Numbered from the stretch's first letter, positions 1-8,736 are shown. The stretch: 22,190 bases of DNA from Bdellovibrionota bacterium FG-2 (GCA_051382305.1 JBBCAV010000036.1:1-22190); one strand, 5' to 3'. The notes: generated by a model from the sequence alone, not told the origin. Numbers and translations: made by a program.

Positions 1-36
1 GATCAGCGCGTTGATCAGCTGGCGCTGTTTAAGTAA
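1..36 (+). CDS. tnpA: C-terminal end of IS200/IS605-family Y1 transposase (partial, runs off the window start)
   Basis: Frame 1 reads DQRVDQLALFK-TAA, resembling the typical IS200 TnpA tail (EDxRxDQLxL). It is followed directly by IS200-type subterminal hairpins. Only 11 codons are visible. Confidence 0.7.
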   Translation, partial: DQRVDQLALFK

Positions 37-125
37 ACGCCGGCAGTAGGACCGGCGCCAGTATTTTCAACCGCTTTGAGCGGTTCACGCCTTCCAAACC
101 ACCGGCATTGCCGGTGGTAGCTGAT
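1..125 (+). mobile_element. Right end of an IS200/IS605-family insertion sequence
   Basis: Three hairpins follow the tnpA stop: CGCCGG/CCGGCG (38-57), AACCGCT-ttg-AGCGGTT (69-85) and ACCACCGGCA-t-TGCCGGTGGT (98-118), ending GGTAGCTGAT at ~125. The RND permease on the opposite strand stops looking RND-like at about this point. Confidence 0.75.
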
Positions 126-2221
126 ACGTGTTTTTCGTCTAACATATTGCGAAGGTCTTCGGCCGCTTGGGCGCGATCCTCCAGAGACCCGCCGCGAACG
201 ACGAGGCGAAGCTGAGGAGGATTTGGGATGGGAAGTTCCGCAGGATTCCAGGGCCCGATATAGAAGCGAAGAAAAGGTGTATTTGGAAATTTGGCTTCTA
301 TGGCTTTCGAAATCGTGCGCATTTCACCACGGTTCTTGAGCCTTGCCATAATGTTTGCCGAATTGGGACTGTGCACTTGCGCAAACGTGTATTGAATCTT
401 GGCGCCAAATTCTTTGAGCAAGTCGGTTTCGACTTCTTCAATTTGGGATTCCATTTGCCGGGTCAAGGTGTTGCCCTTCGTATTGACTGAGATGAACATT
501 CAGTCGGTATCGGGTTTGCCCAAAACCTCTTTGGGGAGACGGGGGAGAATCAAAATCACCAGCGCCGCCAGCAGCGACGCCAAGCCAAAATAGGCAAACT
601 TCTTGAAGTGGGAACTTGCGATAAACCGGTGGAGGGATCGCCCATACCATTCTTCAAGAGCGTTAATCGGTTTTTCAATGGGAGAAACAAAAGCTTTTTC
701 CGAACTGGTTTTCATGAGGTGCAGCCGAACGGTAGGCACTAAAATGAGCGCAACAAAGGCCGAAAAACCGTGGGAGAAGACCACCGTTTTTGCAAGATCG
801 CCCAAGATCGCGTAGCTCAGATCGGAAGTGAAGGCCAGCGGGATGAAGACGACGAGCGATGCAAGGGTCGAAGCGATCACGGCAAAGCGGACCTCAGTCA
901 CGGCCTCGACAATGATGTCGAGTTTGCCGTGAAAACTCAGTTTTTCCATTTTGGCCATTTTTCCGTGGTGCTCTTCAAAATACCGAAAAATATTTTCCAG
1001 CACGACGACCGAGGCGTCGACATTCATTCCGGCAGAAAGCGCCAACCCTCCAAGCGAAATCAAATTGAGATTCATGCCCGAAAACTTCATTAGTATGAAG
1101 GCCAGAACCATGCTCAACGGGATCTCGATGGCGGCCGTGATCGTATTGCGGGCGCTGCCGATAAAAAGAAACAAAATGGTCACGGCCAAAAATACGCCAA
1201 TCGCGACCTCGTGAAACACGTTAGAGATTGCGCTTCGAATGAATTCGGAGGGGTCGACTAAAATTCGATATTCAATATCAGCGGGAAAACCCGGGGCGAG
1301 TTTTTTGATGATGGCAATAATGTCCTCGCTCATCCGCTTGACGTTTCCCCCAGCCTTAGGCGTCGCAAAAAGAATGAGGCTAGGCTGACCGCCCGTCTTG
1401 AAACTGCGGGAGTTGGCGATTTTCAGGCCGTATTCAAGTTTGGCGATATCGGAGAGATGTACCGCGTGCCCCGAGCGGGTTGGAACGACGATCGTGGAGA
1501 GTTCACTCAAACTTTTGACAGGGCGAAGGAGCTGAATTCCTAGTTGTTGAGTTCCGATCGTAATGGAGCCGCCTCCATAACCATTGAGTGCGGCTGAAAT
1601 CGCCCGCTCAATGTCTTTAGGAAAAAGCTGGAGTGTGGCCATGCGTTCAGGCATCAGCTCAACGCGGATTTCTTTGCGAGCGGGGTTCCAGAGATCCACA
1701 TCGGCGGCATCCGTGACTTTAGAAGTCTGCGGAGCGATTTGGGGCTCCAAAAGTTTGTAGAGTTCGTCCAGACTTCGTTTGCTACTGTAGAAGCTAATGG
1801 CCAGAAACCCATTGTTTTCTTGGTCGGTCCAGACGCCGACCGAATCGCGCATTTCAGATGGAAGCCTACTCGAAAATGAATTAGCGATCAGCTCGACTTC
1901 TTTAAGGGCCGCAATCGGGGAGTTCCCCCACTGAAACTCAAGTTTGTAGTAAACGCTATCGCGCTCATAATTGGCTTTGAGGGTTTCGAGCTGGACCAAA
2001 TCTCCCGTGACCGATCCGAGCAAGCCTTCGAAGGTTCGGCCGTAGGCATTGAGGAACTCATCGGGTGTGCTGCTACCGTAGGAAACGGTAACGCCGACGG
2101 TGGGCTTTGTCGAATTTGGAAAAAGTGAAATCGGCAAGCGGGTGCCGGCAAAAATGCCGATAAGCGCGAGTATTCCTAAAAAGAGATAGACCCGAAAAGG
2201 GGACGAATACAGGGATCTCGC
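126..2221 (-). pseudogene. Efflux RND transporter permease (AcrB/AcrD/AcrF family), disrupted
   Basis: RND motifs include TM1 followed by LPISLFP, AIEIPLS, NLISLGGLALSAGMNVDASVVVLENI and STLASLVVFIP. ORFs 500..2137 and 29..499 are in the same frame, separated by one TGA (500-502). TM1 lies upstream of the first canonical start, in frame from GCG at 2221. About 700 codons are present before the IS200 end. Confidence 0.85.
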
Positions 2222-3105
2222 TGCGGGGCGGCTCCCGTTTGCACGGTAACGGCTTTACCATCGGCCACGCTTTTGCTCGCGCGTTCGATGAGAGCAGAGT
2301 TTTCTTTCAGCCCTTCGAGGATTTCCACAAAGCCTTTTTGACGATTGCCCAGGCGGACCGCGACTTTTTTGGCTTTGCTGTTTTCCACGAGTTTCACAAA
2401 CGTTTCACTGCCCTTATAGTTGACGGCAGAATCCGGAATCGAAATTCCTCGCCGGATATTTGCTTTGAACGAAACTTGCCCCACGATACCGGGCATGACC
2501 ATACCCTTTTTGAGGTTTTCGAATTCGATTTCACAGGTGGCGGTTCCGGTTGCGGGATCGACAAAGGGGCTTAAGCCACGAATGCGTACGGGCAGCGCAC
2601 CTGCGCGGCCAGCCAGGGTGAATTCCCCTTGAAGGCCTTTATAGAGAGAAGAAACATCGAGCGCGGGCACTTCAACGACGACGCGAATTTGGGCGGGGTC
2701 AGTGACGGATCCGATTTTTTGGCCTTTGCTCACTTGGGTGCCTTCGGTGACCTCTAAGGTGCTGACGATTCCGGAAACGGGTGAGGAGACGCGCGCAGGG
2801 GCGTATTGATAGATCGGGTCGGTGTGCGTGATTGTGAGAATCGTTTGGCCGGGGCGTACTTTTTGGCCCCAGGGTGCGGAGATTTTTAAAATCACGCCAT
2901 CCGTTTCGGCAAGCAAAGTGGTGTTGATTTTGGGGATCACGCGCGCCGGATAGGTCAATGAATCAAAAAGCTCGACAGGCTTGAGTTGCGAGACAAAAAC
3001 CACGGGAAGCTGTGGCTTTTCTTCAAGCGCAAAGGCGACGGGGGAGGCGAGTGTGTACGCGGCGGCGGAGACTAAGAGAAATCGGAGTATGGTGAATATC
3101 CTCAA
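2176..3105 (-). CDS. Efflux RND transporter periplasmic adaptor (MFP), lacking the alpha-helical hairpin
   Basis: Signal/anchor N-terminus, two lipoyl halves (AETDGVILKI...GQKVRPGQ and SSPVSGIV...EGTQVSKGQ), ISP/VDPATGT-type beta-barrel motif and VEILEGLK membrane-proximal domain. It lies directly upstream of the permease. The ancestral stop was probably at 2218-2220. Confidence 0.9.
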   Translation of the reverse strand: MRIFTILRFLLVSAAAYTLASPVAFALEEKPQLPVVFVSQLKPVELFDSLTYPARVIPKINTTLLAETDGVILKISAPWGQKVRPGQTILTITHTDPIYQYAPARVSSPVSGIVSTLEVTEGTQVSKGQKIGSVTDPAQIRVVVEVPALDVSSLYKGLQGEFTLAGRAGALPVRIRGLSPFVDPATGTATCEIEFENLKKGMVMPGIVGQVSFKANIRRGISIPDSAVNYKGSETFVKLVENSKAKKVAVRLGNRQKGFVEILEGLKENSALIERASKSVADGKAVTVQTGAAPQRDPCIRPLFGSISF

Positions 3106-3108
3106 GTG

Positions 3109-3534
3109 TTATTGGGCAATTTTCCAAATCGTCACGTTTTTGCAATTACCGGTGTGATCCGTGTTGCAGCGAAGTTTGGCGAGGCGTTTGGCTTCGGCTT
3201 GGGTTCTTGATCCACAACTTTCGCCGGCGTAAAAGGATTTGCCTCCGCGGCCGTTATCTTCTTGGCCCAGAGCAATCCCAATCCAGCCTGGAAAAATACA
3301 GTGTACAAAGCCGCAGTCGTCTTGGGCAATACTGTTTTTCTCGCACCAGTTCAAACCACATTCGGTAGCGTCGTGTGAGGCGGGCATGTCTTTACAGACC
3401 GTAAAAGCGCCAGAGGTGCGGTCAAAGACGAAGGCCGAAACCCCGTCTTCTGCCCGGGCATTGAGTGAAGAGACACTCCCGAGAACTCCAAGGACAATGG
3501 CGAACGCAAAAATCGAAAATACCGCTTTTTTCAT
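3109..3534 (-). CDS. Secreted Cys-rich protein, DUF4189-like
   Basis: Sec signal peptide (MKKAVF...ARA|E), GGGGA RBS. The pattern A..D..SG...C..C...GWIGIA.G...G.S.G..T.AEA...A...C......C matches the duplicated DUF4189 architecture by eye. Confidence 0.65.
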   Translation of the reverse strand: MKKAVFSIFAFAIVLGVLGSVSSLNARAEDGVSAFVFDRTSGAFTVCKDMPASHDATECGLNWCEKNSIAQDDCGFVHCIFPGWIGIALGQEDNGRGGKSFYAGESCGSRTQAEAKRLAKLRCNTDHTGNCKNVTIWKIAQ

Positions 3535-3600
3535 AAATCCCCCGTTTGTGGCCTTGTACCAGGGATGACTTATTGCGGCAAGATAAAATAACGCATCTCC

Positions 3601-4393
3601 TTAAATATCGCAATCATACTCATAAACGGCTTTATAATCGACGCGCCCATCAAGATCCCAGTCGGCAGACCTGGAGGTTAATCGCCCTTTGGCGTCGAAA
3701 GTATACGTTTTGCGGCTCTCCGCCGTTTCCCGTCCGGGATCGGACATAAGAATTCTCTCAAAGACGTCGTCGCGGTTTGAGAATTTTTCATATTTGCGTA
3801 ACCGATTCGCGTCGTCATAAAAGAACTCCTCGGTGGCATTCTGTCCCGTATCCAGATGCTGGCTTTTGATAACGAGCGGGCGTTGTGAGTCATCCACGTA
3901 ATGAATTTCTGAGGAATATACGAGTACGTCTTGTTTCCCTAATTGGATGCGTGCAACGCGTCCTGCGTCGTCGTAAAAATAGCGGGTGATCAGTCCATCA
4001 AGCGTTGGAATGTCTGACCATTGCACCTTTTCCGTCTCAAACCGTCCCTTAGTGTCATGCGTGAAGAGCACCACCCATCTTGAAGCGCCTGTAAAATCGA
4101 ACATTTCGATTTGCTCTAAGCCATTTGACGAATAGGTTCTAAGCTCCGTATTGAAGGGTTTTCCCTCGGTAACTCAGTCGTCAAAATAATCGACCCGTGA
4201 GACGGATCCATCAGCATTAAAACTGCGAAGCGTAATCTGTGCAGGTTTCCCCTCTGCGTCACCATACTCCGACAAAATTGCAAAAACCCTTGGCCCAAAG
4301 AGCCTCTGGCGTGGATTCAACGGGAACATCAGGGTTGTAAGAAGCGAGACTTGAGAAAACAAACAGAACACTCGGGGCAAGGGTAAAGTTCAT
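3601..4393 (-). pseudogene. Exported (ancestrally lipo-?) protein with YD/RHS-like beta repeats, frameshifted and with an internal TGA
   Basis: ATG 4393 has an AAGGAAG RBS and a hydrophobic leader. A frame change falls at ~4274-4290. The TGA at 4174-4176 is in frame with ORF 3601..4104. Repeats: SFNADG, THDTKGR, YFYDDAGRV, FFYDDANRL, YTFDAKGRL; C-terminal DWDLDG...YEYDC. Confidence 0.7.
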
Positions 4394-4439
4394 GCGATTT
4401 ATCTTCCTTATGAGCCGCATTATATACTAGCCTGCCCTC

Positions 4440-5285
4440 ATGGATCCAATGGAAAAGTTTTTTGAAAATATGTTTAAAGACGCGAAGAATTTACAGAAAT
4501 TTGTTGCCGCTGCGGTCGCGATATTTTTGCTCGTTGTCCTGGGCAGTGCTGGAACCTTTATCATTCCGCCTGGGCATCGCGGCGTTTTGGTGACAATGGG
4601 CAAAGTTTCACCGGTTTTTGCGCCTGAGGGCTTGGGGTTTAAGGCTCCGTTTATTACTTCTGTTTTGCCGATCTCCATTCGCCAGCAAACGAAGACGGCG
4701 CAAGCGGATTGTTATTCTTCGGATCTCCAGCAGATCAATGTTGAACTCAAGGTTCTTTACCGAATTCCGGAAAATATGATTGTCCGCACTTTTCAGGACT
4801 ATTCGGGCGATCCGTTTGATAGCTTAGTCGCACCCCGCGTCTCCGAGGCGATCAAGGAGGTCACGGCTCTTCAGAGTGCTGAGCAGATTGTAAAAAAACG
4901 TGAGGAGATCAAGTCGAAGGCTTTTGCCGCTGCGCGTTTAAAGATCGGAACCCTGCTCGTGATCGAGGACATCGTGATTCAGAACGTTGCGCTCTCAAAA
5001 GAACTTGAGGCTGCAATCGAAGCGAAAATGGTTCAGGAGCAAGAGGCTGCCAAGGCGAAATTTGTTCAACAGAAGGCCGAGATCGAAGCCAATACTGCCA
5101 TTATTAAAGCCAAGGGCGAGGCGGAGGCCATCCGGGTGCGGGGGCGCGCGCTTCAAGATAGCCCAGGCTTAGTGCAATTGCAGATCGTCGAAAAGTGGAA
5201 CGGTGTTTCGCCCCTGGTTGTGGGCGGAAGCTCTTCGGGCGCGAATGTTCTACTCCCCATTGGAGAACACAAGGGCGCCAAGTGA
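4440..5285 (+). CDS. SPFH/Band 7 prohibitin-family membrane protein
   Basis: N-terminal TM, IPPGHRGV...GKV...EGL.FK.PFI, SSDLQ, coiled coil AIEAK...EQ.A..A, AKGEAEA, IVEKWNG. The true start may be 4440, 4449 or 4470. Confidence 0.95.
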   Translation: MDPMEKFFENMFKDAKNLQKFVAAAVAIFLLVVLGSAGTFIIPPGHRGVLVTMGKVSPVFAPEGLGFKAPFITSVLPISIRQQTKTAQADCYSSDLQQINVELKVLYRIPENMIVRTFQDYSGDPFDSLVAPRVSEAIKEVTALQSAEQIVKKREEIKSKAFAAARLKIGTLLVIEDIVIQNVALSKELEAAIEAKMVQEQEAAKAKFVQQKAEIEANTAIIKAKGEAEAIRVRGRALQDSPGLVQLQIVEKWNGVSPLVVGGSSSGANVLLPIGEHKGAK

Positions 5286-5482
5286 AGTTTCGCGGCATTC
5301 TTCAAATTCTATTCCTCGTTGGGTTTGTGCTACTGCTACTCCGGTTTTTTCCACTCGTGGTGCGGTTGGGAGACGCCGCAGCGTTGGGGGTGAGGGGGGT
5401 CGTGGAGTTTTGGTGGGTCGTTCTGCTTCTGGCCCTTGGAGGCTGGCTGATTTGGGTGCTGAGGAAACGCAACTCGGGATAA
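5282..5482 (+). CDS. Small 66-aa two-TM membrane protein
   Basis: The GTG start overlaps the SPFH stop (GTGA). Two hydrophobic segments and a basic tail (RKRNSG). It is the 3' part of track ORF 5195..5482. Confidence 0.75.
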   Translation: MKFRGILQILFLVGFVLLLLRFFPLVVRLGDAAALGVRGVVEFWWVVLLLALGGWLIWVLRKRNSG

Positions 5483-5516
5483 GCTTGTTTTCGTGCAAAA
5501 TGCGGTGTTTTTTTGA

Positions 5517-5533
5517 TTGGCACAGCTCCTGAA
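5517..5533 (+). promoter_or_regulatory. Possible sigma-54 (-24/-12) promoter for the kinase/receiver pair
   Basis: TTGGCAC-AGCTC-CTGAA has the GG-N10 spacing, but GA replaces the consensus GC. It lies ~24 nt upstream of ATG 5557. Confidence 0.3.
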
Positions 5534-5556
5534 GTTGAAGTACGAGTACCGCAGAT

Positions 5557-8373
5557 ATGCCGAATCAAGAATCGACGGATGACCTCATTTCTCGCAGAGT
5601 CCGGTTGTTAGTTCAAGGATGCGCTGTGTTTGTGAGTGGCCTCGGAGTGGCCGCACTTTTGGGCTGGTCTTTGGGGCTCCCTTTTCTGGCAAACTTTGGT
5701 TCAGGTAATGTGCCTATGGCACCGAGCACCGCACTGCTCTTTACCCTTTTGGGTGGCACTCTGTTTTTGTGTGTCGGCGCGCGGGGACGAGGCTCGCATT
5801 GGATTTGCGTATTGGTGCATGGGCTATTGGCGCTTTTCGTTCTGATTTTGGTGGGTTTTTCTATTGCTGGGGTTCACCCGCAGTTCGAACATTTGGGTTT
5901 TTCGATCCCGCCTCATAGGCCGGGTGCCGAGATTTCGGGACATATGTCGCTCTTGACGGCGCTTTGTTTCCTTCTGAGCAGTGTTTCTTTTTTACTTATT
6001 TATCTAAAAGCTTATGAGAAATCTTTTCGTGCATCTGGGCGAACGAATGCGGCTTGGTCGTTGAGCGTTCTTGTTCTGATTATTAGCCTCGTGCTTGTTT
6101 TGGCCTATTTGTTCGGGATGCCTTTGCTCTATGGAACGTCTTTTACTCCGCCGGCTCTTCCGAGCAGTATCGCCTTTGTAGTGATTGGGGCGGCTTTGTT
6201 TGTTCTCACCAGGGGGGACGATTGGCTTCTTTTTCGTCAAGGGGAAACTCCGCAGGGTTCTTTGGGACTCTTTTGGAGAATATTTGTCATTCTGACCGTT
6301 GGAATCTTGATTGCGGGTTCTCTTATTGTCCGCGCCTATGGCAGACATTATCGTCTCCAGATCGAACGAGAGCTTACGGCCATTGCCGATCTGAAGGTGG
6401 CTGAACTCGTGCAGTGGCGAAGCGAACGCGTTGGAGATGCAGAGCTTCTTTATGGCAACGCGACTTTCATCAGCCTTGCGCAGAGCTACTTCAAAAATCC
6501 CCGTGGCCGAGAAGTGGCGCAGGACATCAGGGACTGGTTGAGCAAATACCTTAATCATTATGAATATGATCAAGTCTGGCTGCTCGATCCCAAGGGAGAG
6601 ACCGTCATGTCATTTCCCCATAATAGTCCGCCTGATCCGGTCGCAGTGTTGAAGCAAATTCCTGAAGTGACGCAAACAAAGCGGATCATGATTCTTGATT
6701 TTTATCGGCACGATTATGATCAGCGAATCTACCTCTCAGTGTTGATTCCGTTGCTTGATTCATCTCCTAGGAGTCGAGTAATTGGTATCGTTGCCTTGAG
6801 AATCGATCCTGAAAAATATCTTTATCCCTTTATTTTGCGTTGGCCCACGCCAAGCGAAACGGCCGAAACGCTGCTCGTTCGGCGCGAAGGGCGTGAGGGT
6901 GACGGCGCAGCGCTTTTTTTGAATGAGCTCAAATACAGGAAGAATTCTGCGCTTTCTCTTCGAATTCCTCTTACTCGGACTGATGTCCCCGCCGTGATGG
7001 CGGTCCTGGGGCAGACCGGCATTGTCGAAGGCGTTGATTATCGTGAGATGCCCGCAATTGCGAGCCTCCGCAATGTTCCTGATTCGCCCTGGTTTCTCGT
7101 CGCGCGCATGAATACCTCCGAGGTTTATTCACCCTCGAAGCTGTATTTGTGGCCCACGCTTGGATTCGTTTTAGCTTTGATCTTTGGATCGGGCTCGTTC
7201 TTGGCTTTTGCGTGGCGTAAGCGGAGCTTTGATTTTTATGCCAAGCAGCTTGAGGCGGCCGAAACGATCCGGCTTCAGAGTGAGATTGCCAAGAATCTCG
7301 CCGAAGGCGTCAATCTCATTCGATTCTCGGATGGCGTGATTGTCTACTGCAATCCCAAATTTGAGCAGATGTTTGGCTATGCGCCTGGGGAGTTGCTCGG
7401 AAAAGATATTTCTATTGTCAATGCGCCTAGAGAAAAATCTCCAGAAGACACGAAGCATGAGATTGTGAGCATTTTAAGGGCGACCGGTGAGTGGCATGGC
7501 GAGGTTGAAAATATCAAAAAAGATGGAACTCGCTTCTGGTGCCACGCAAATTCGTCGGTTTTTGAGCATTCTGAATTTGGCGAGGTCATTGTTTCGGTTC
7601 AGACTGACATCAGCGTGCGCAAGCGCGCGGAAGCCGATCTTCTCGCTGCCAAGAATGCCGCTGAACTTGCCGCAAAAAGCAAGGCACAGTTCCTAGACAT
7701 TGCTGCCCATGAATTGCGAAATCCCGTCACGGCGTTTTCTCTTTTGCTTCAAATGGTCCAGAAACAAATGGAAAAGGGCCAACCCCCAAGTGTTGAAACG
7801 TTGGTCCGCCTTCGAGAGCCTGCGGATCGCTTGACAAGGCTCGTGGTGGATCTTTTAGATGTATCGCGACTGGAGCGCGGTCTCGTGGCTTTGCTCCGAA
7901 CGCGCTGTGATTTGGCTTCGTTGATTTCAAAATGCGTGGAGGAGTTTCGGCTGCTGGCGCCTAAGCGCCAATTGGCTTTTAATAAGCCAGTCCAACCTAT
8001 TGTGGTGGACATCGATCCGGTGCGAATTTATCAAGTGCTCACTAATTTGATCGATAATTCCATTAAATATACGCCTGCGGAGGGGGCCATCGAAGTCACT
8101 CTTGAGTCGTTGCCAAGTGTTATTCGGGTGGCTGTGGTCGATCAGGGCGGAGGGATTCCAGAGGAGCAGCTGCGCAAGCTGTTTATCGCATTTTCTAGAG
8201 GCAGCGGTGAGGCAATCGTTCGGGCAAATGGTCTAGGCTTGGGACTTAGCGTTTGTCGTGGGATTATAGAATTGCATGGTGGAACAATCGGGGTTTTGAG
8301 TACACTAGGGCAAGGCAGCATGTTTTATTTTGATTTGCCAAAAGACTTAGCAAAAGAGGGAGCATCGTCATGA
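5557..8373 (+). CDS. Membrane sensor histidine kinase (multi-TM region, Cache-like domain, PAS/PAC, HisKA, HATPase)
   Basis: About 7 TM segments; PAS YCNPKFEQMFGY...W.GE..N.KKDG; H-box AHELRNP; N-box NLIDNSIKY; DQGGGI; G2 box GLGLGLSV. Confidence 0.95.
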   Translation: MPNQESTDDLISRRVRLLVQGCAVFVSGLGVAALLGWSLGLPFLANFGSGNVPMAPSTALLFTLLGGTLFLCVGARGRGSHWICVLVHGLLALFVLILVGFSIAGVHPQFEHLGFSIPPHRPGAEISGHMSLLTALCFLLSSVSFLLIYLKAYEKSFRASGRTNAAWSLSVLVLIISLVLVLAYLFGMPLLYGTSFTPPALPSSIAFVVIGAALFVLTRGDDWLLFRQGETPQGSLGLFWRIFVILTVGILIAGSLIVRAYGRHYRLQIERELTAIADLKVAELVQWRSERVGDAELLYGNATFISLAQSYFKNPRGREVAQDIRDWLSKYLNHYEYDQVWLLDPKGETVMSFPHNSPPDPVAVLKQIPEVTQTKRIMILDFYRHDYDQRIYLSVLIPLLDSSPRSRVIGIVALRIDPEKYLYPFILRWPTPSETAETLLVRREGREGDGAALFLNELKYRKNSALSLRIPLTRTDVPAVMAVLGQTGIVEGVDYREMPAIASLRNVPDSPWFLVARMNTSEVYSPSKLYLWPTLGFVLALIFGSGSFLAFAWRKRSFDFYAKQLEAAETIRLQSEIAKNLAEGVNLIRFSDGVIVYCNPKFEQMFGYAPGELLGKDISIVNAPREKSPEDTKHEIVSILRATGEWHGEVENIKKDGTRFWCHANSSVFEHSEFGEVIVSVQTDISVRKRAEADLLAAKNAAELAAKSKAQFLDIAAHELRNPVTAFSLLLQMVQKQMEKGQPPSVETLVRLREPADRLTRLVVDLLDVSRLERGLVALLRTRCDLASLISKCVEEFRLLAPKRQLAFNKPVQPIVVDIDPVRIYQVLTNLIDNSIKYTPAEGAIEVTLESLPSVIRVAVVDQGGGIPEEQLRKLFIAFSRGSGEAIVRANGLGLGLSVCRGIIELHGGTIGVLSTLGQGSMFYFDLPKDLAKEGASS

Positions 8374-8732
8374 GCAAAACGATCTTGATTGTTGAAGACG
8401 ACAAAAATATTTTGTTTGCGGCATCGGCCCTTCTTGAGGGCGAAGGGTATACGGTGGTTTGCGCCGAAAATGGTGAGATGGCGCTTGATTTACTCAAAGA
8501 GCAGGGGATGCCGCATTTGATCTTGCTCGATATGATTATGCCGGTGATGAATGGATGGGAATTTGCAAAAGAATTTCAGGTAAAATATGGCACCCAAGCA
8601 CCGATTGTCGTGATGACGGCTGCGGCCGATGCGCAAAGCCGCGCAAAAGATATTGGGGCCATTGGCTGGATTGGGAAACCCTTTATTTTAGATGAACTCT
8701 TGGCGCTTATTAAGAAATGTGAGCGGGCGTGA
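8370..8732 (+). CDS. Single-domain response regulator (CheY-like receiver)
   Basis: ILIVEDD, LILLDMIMPVMNG, VMTA, KPF. ATGA overlap with the kinase stop; GAGG RBS. Confidence 0.95.
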   Translation: MSKTILIVEDDKNILFAASALLEGEGYTVVCAENGEMALDLLKEQGMPHLILLDMIMPVMNGWEFAKEFQVKYGTQAPIVVMTAAADAQSRAKDIGAIGWIGKPFILDELLALIKKCERA

Positions 8733-8736
8733 GCGT

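Noticed and set aside
38..118. Hairpin cluster as CRISPR repeats, REP elements or a simple terminator
   Set aside because: The three stems differ in sequence, have no repeat-spacer periodicity, and follow a TnpA-like tail, so an IS200/IS605 end fits better.
29..499. ORF 29..499 as an independent gene
   Set aside because: It is the in-frame continuation of the RND permease, and its last ~30 residues derive from the IS.
3601..4104. RHS polymorphic toxin
   Set aside because: Only a few YD-like repeats are present, with no RHS core PxxxxDPxG motif and no C-terminal toxin domain.
500..4176. TGA reassigned to Trp/Gly, or selenocysteine insertion
   Set aside because: secA, the SPFH gene, the kinase and its receiver all end at TGA at their expected termini, two of them in GTGA/ATGA overlaps. 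The intact genes show no internal TGA. Both TGA-containing genes carry other lesions.
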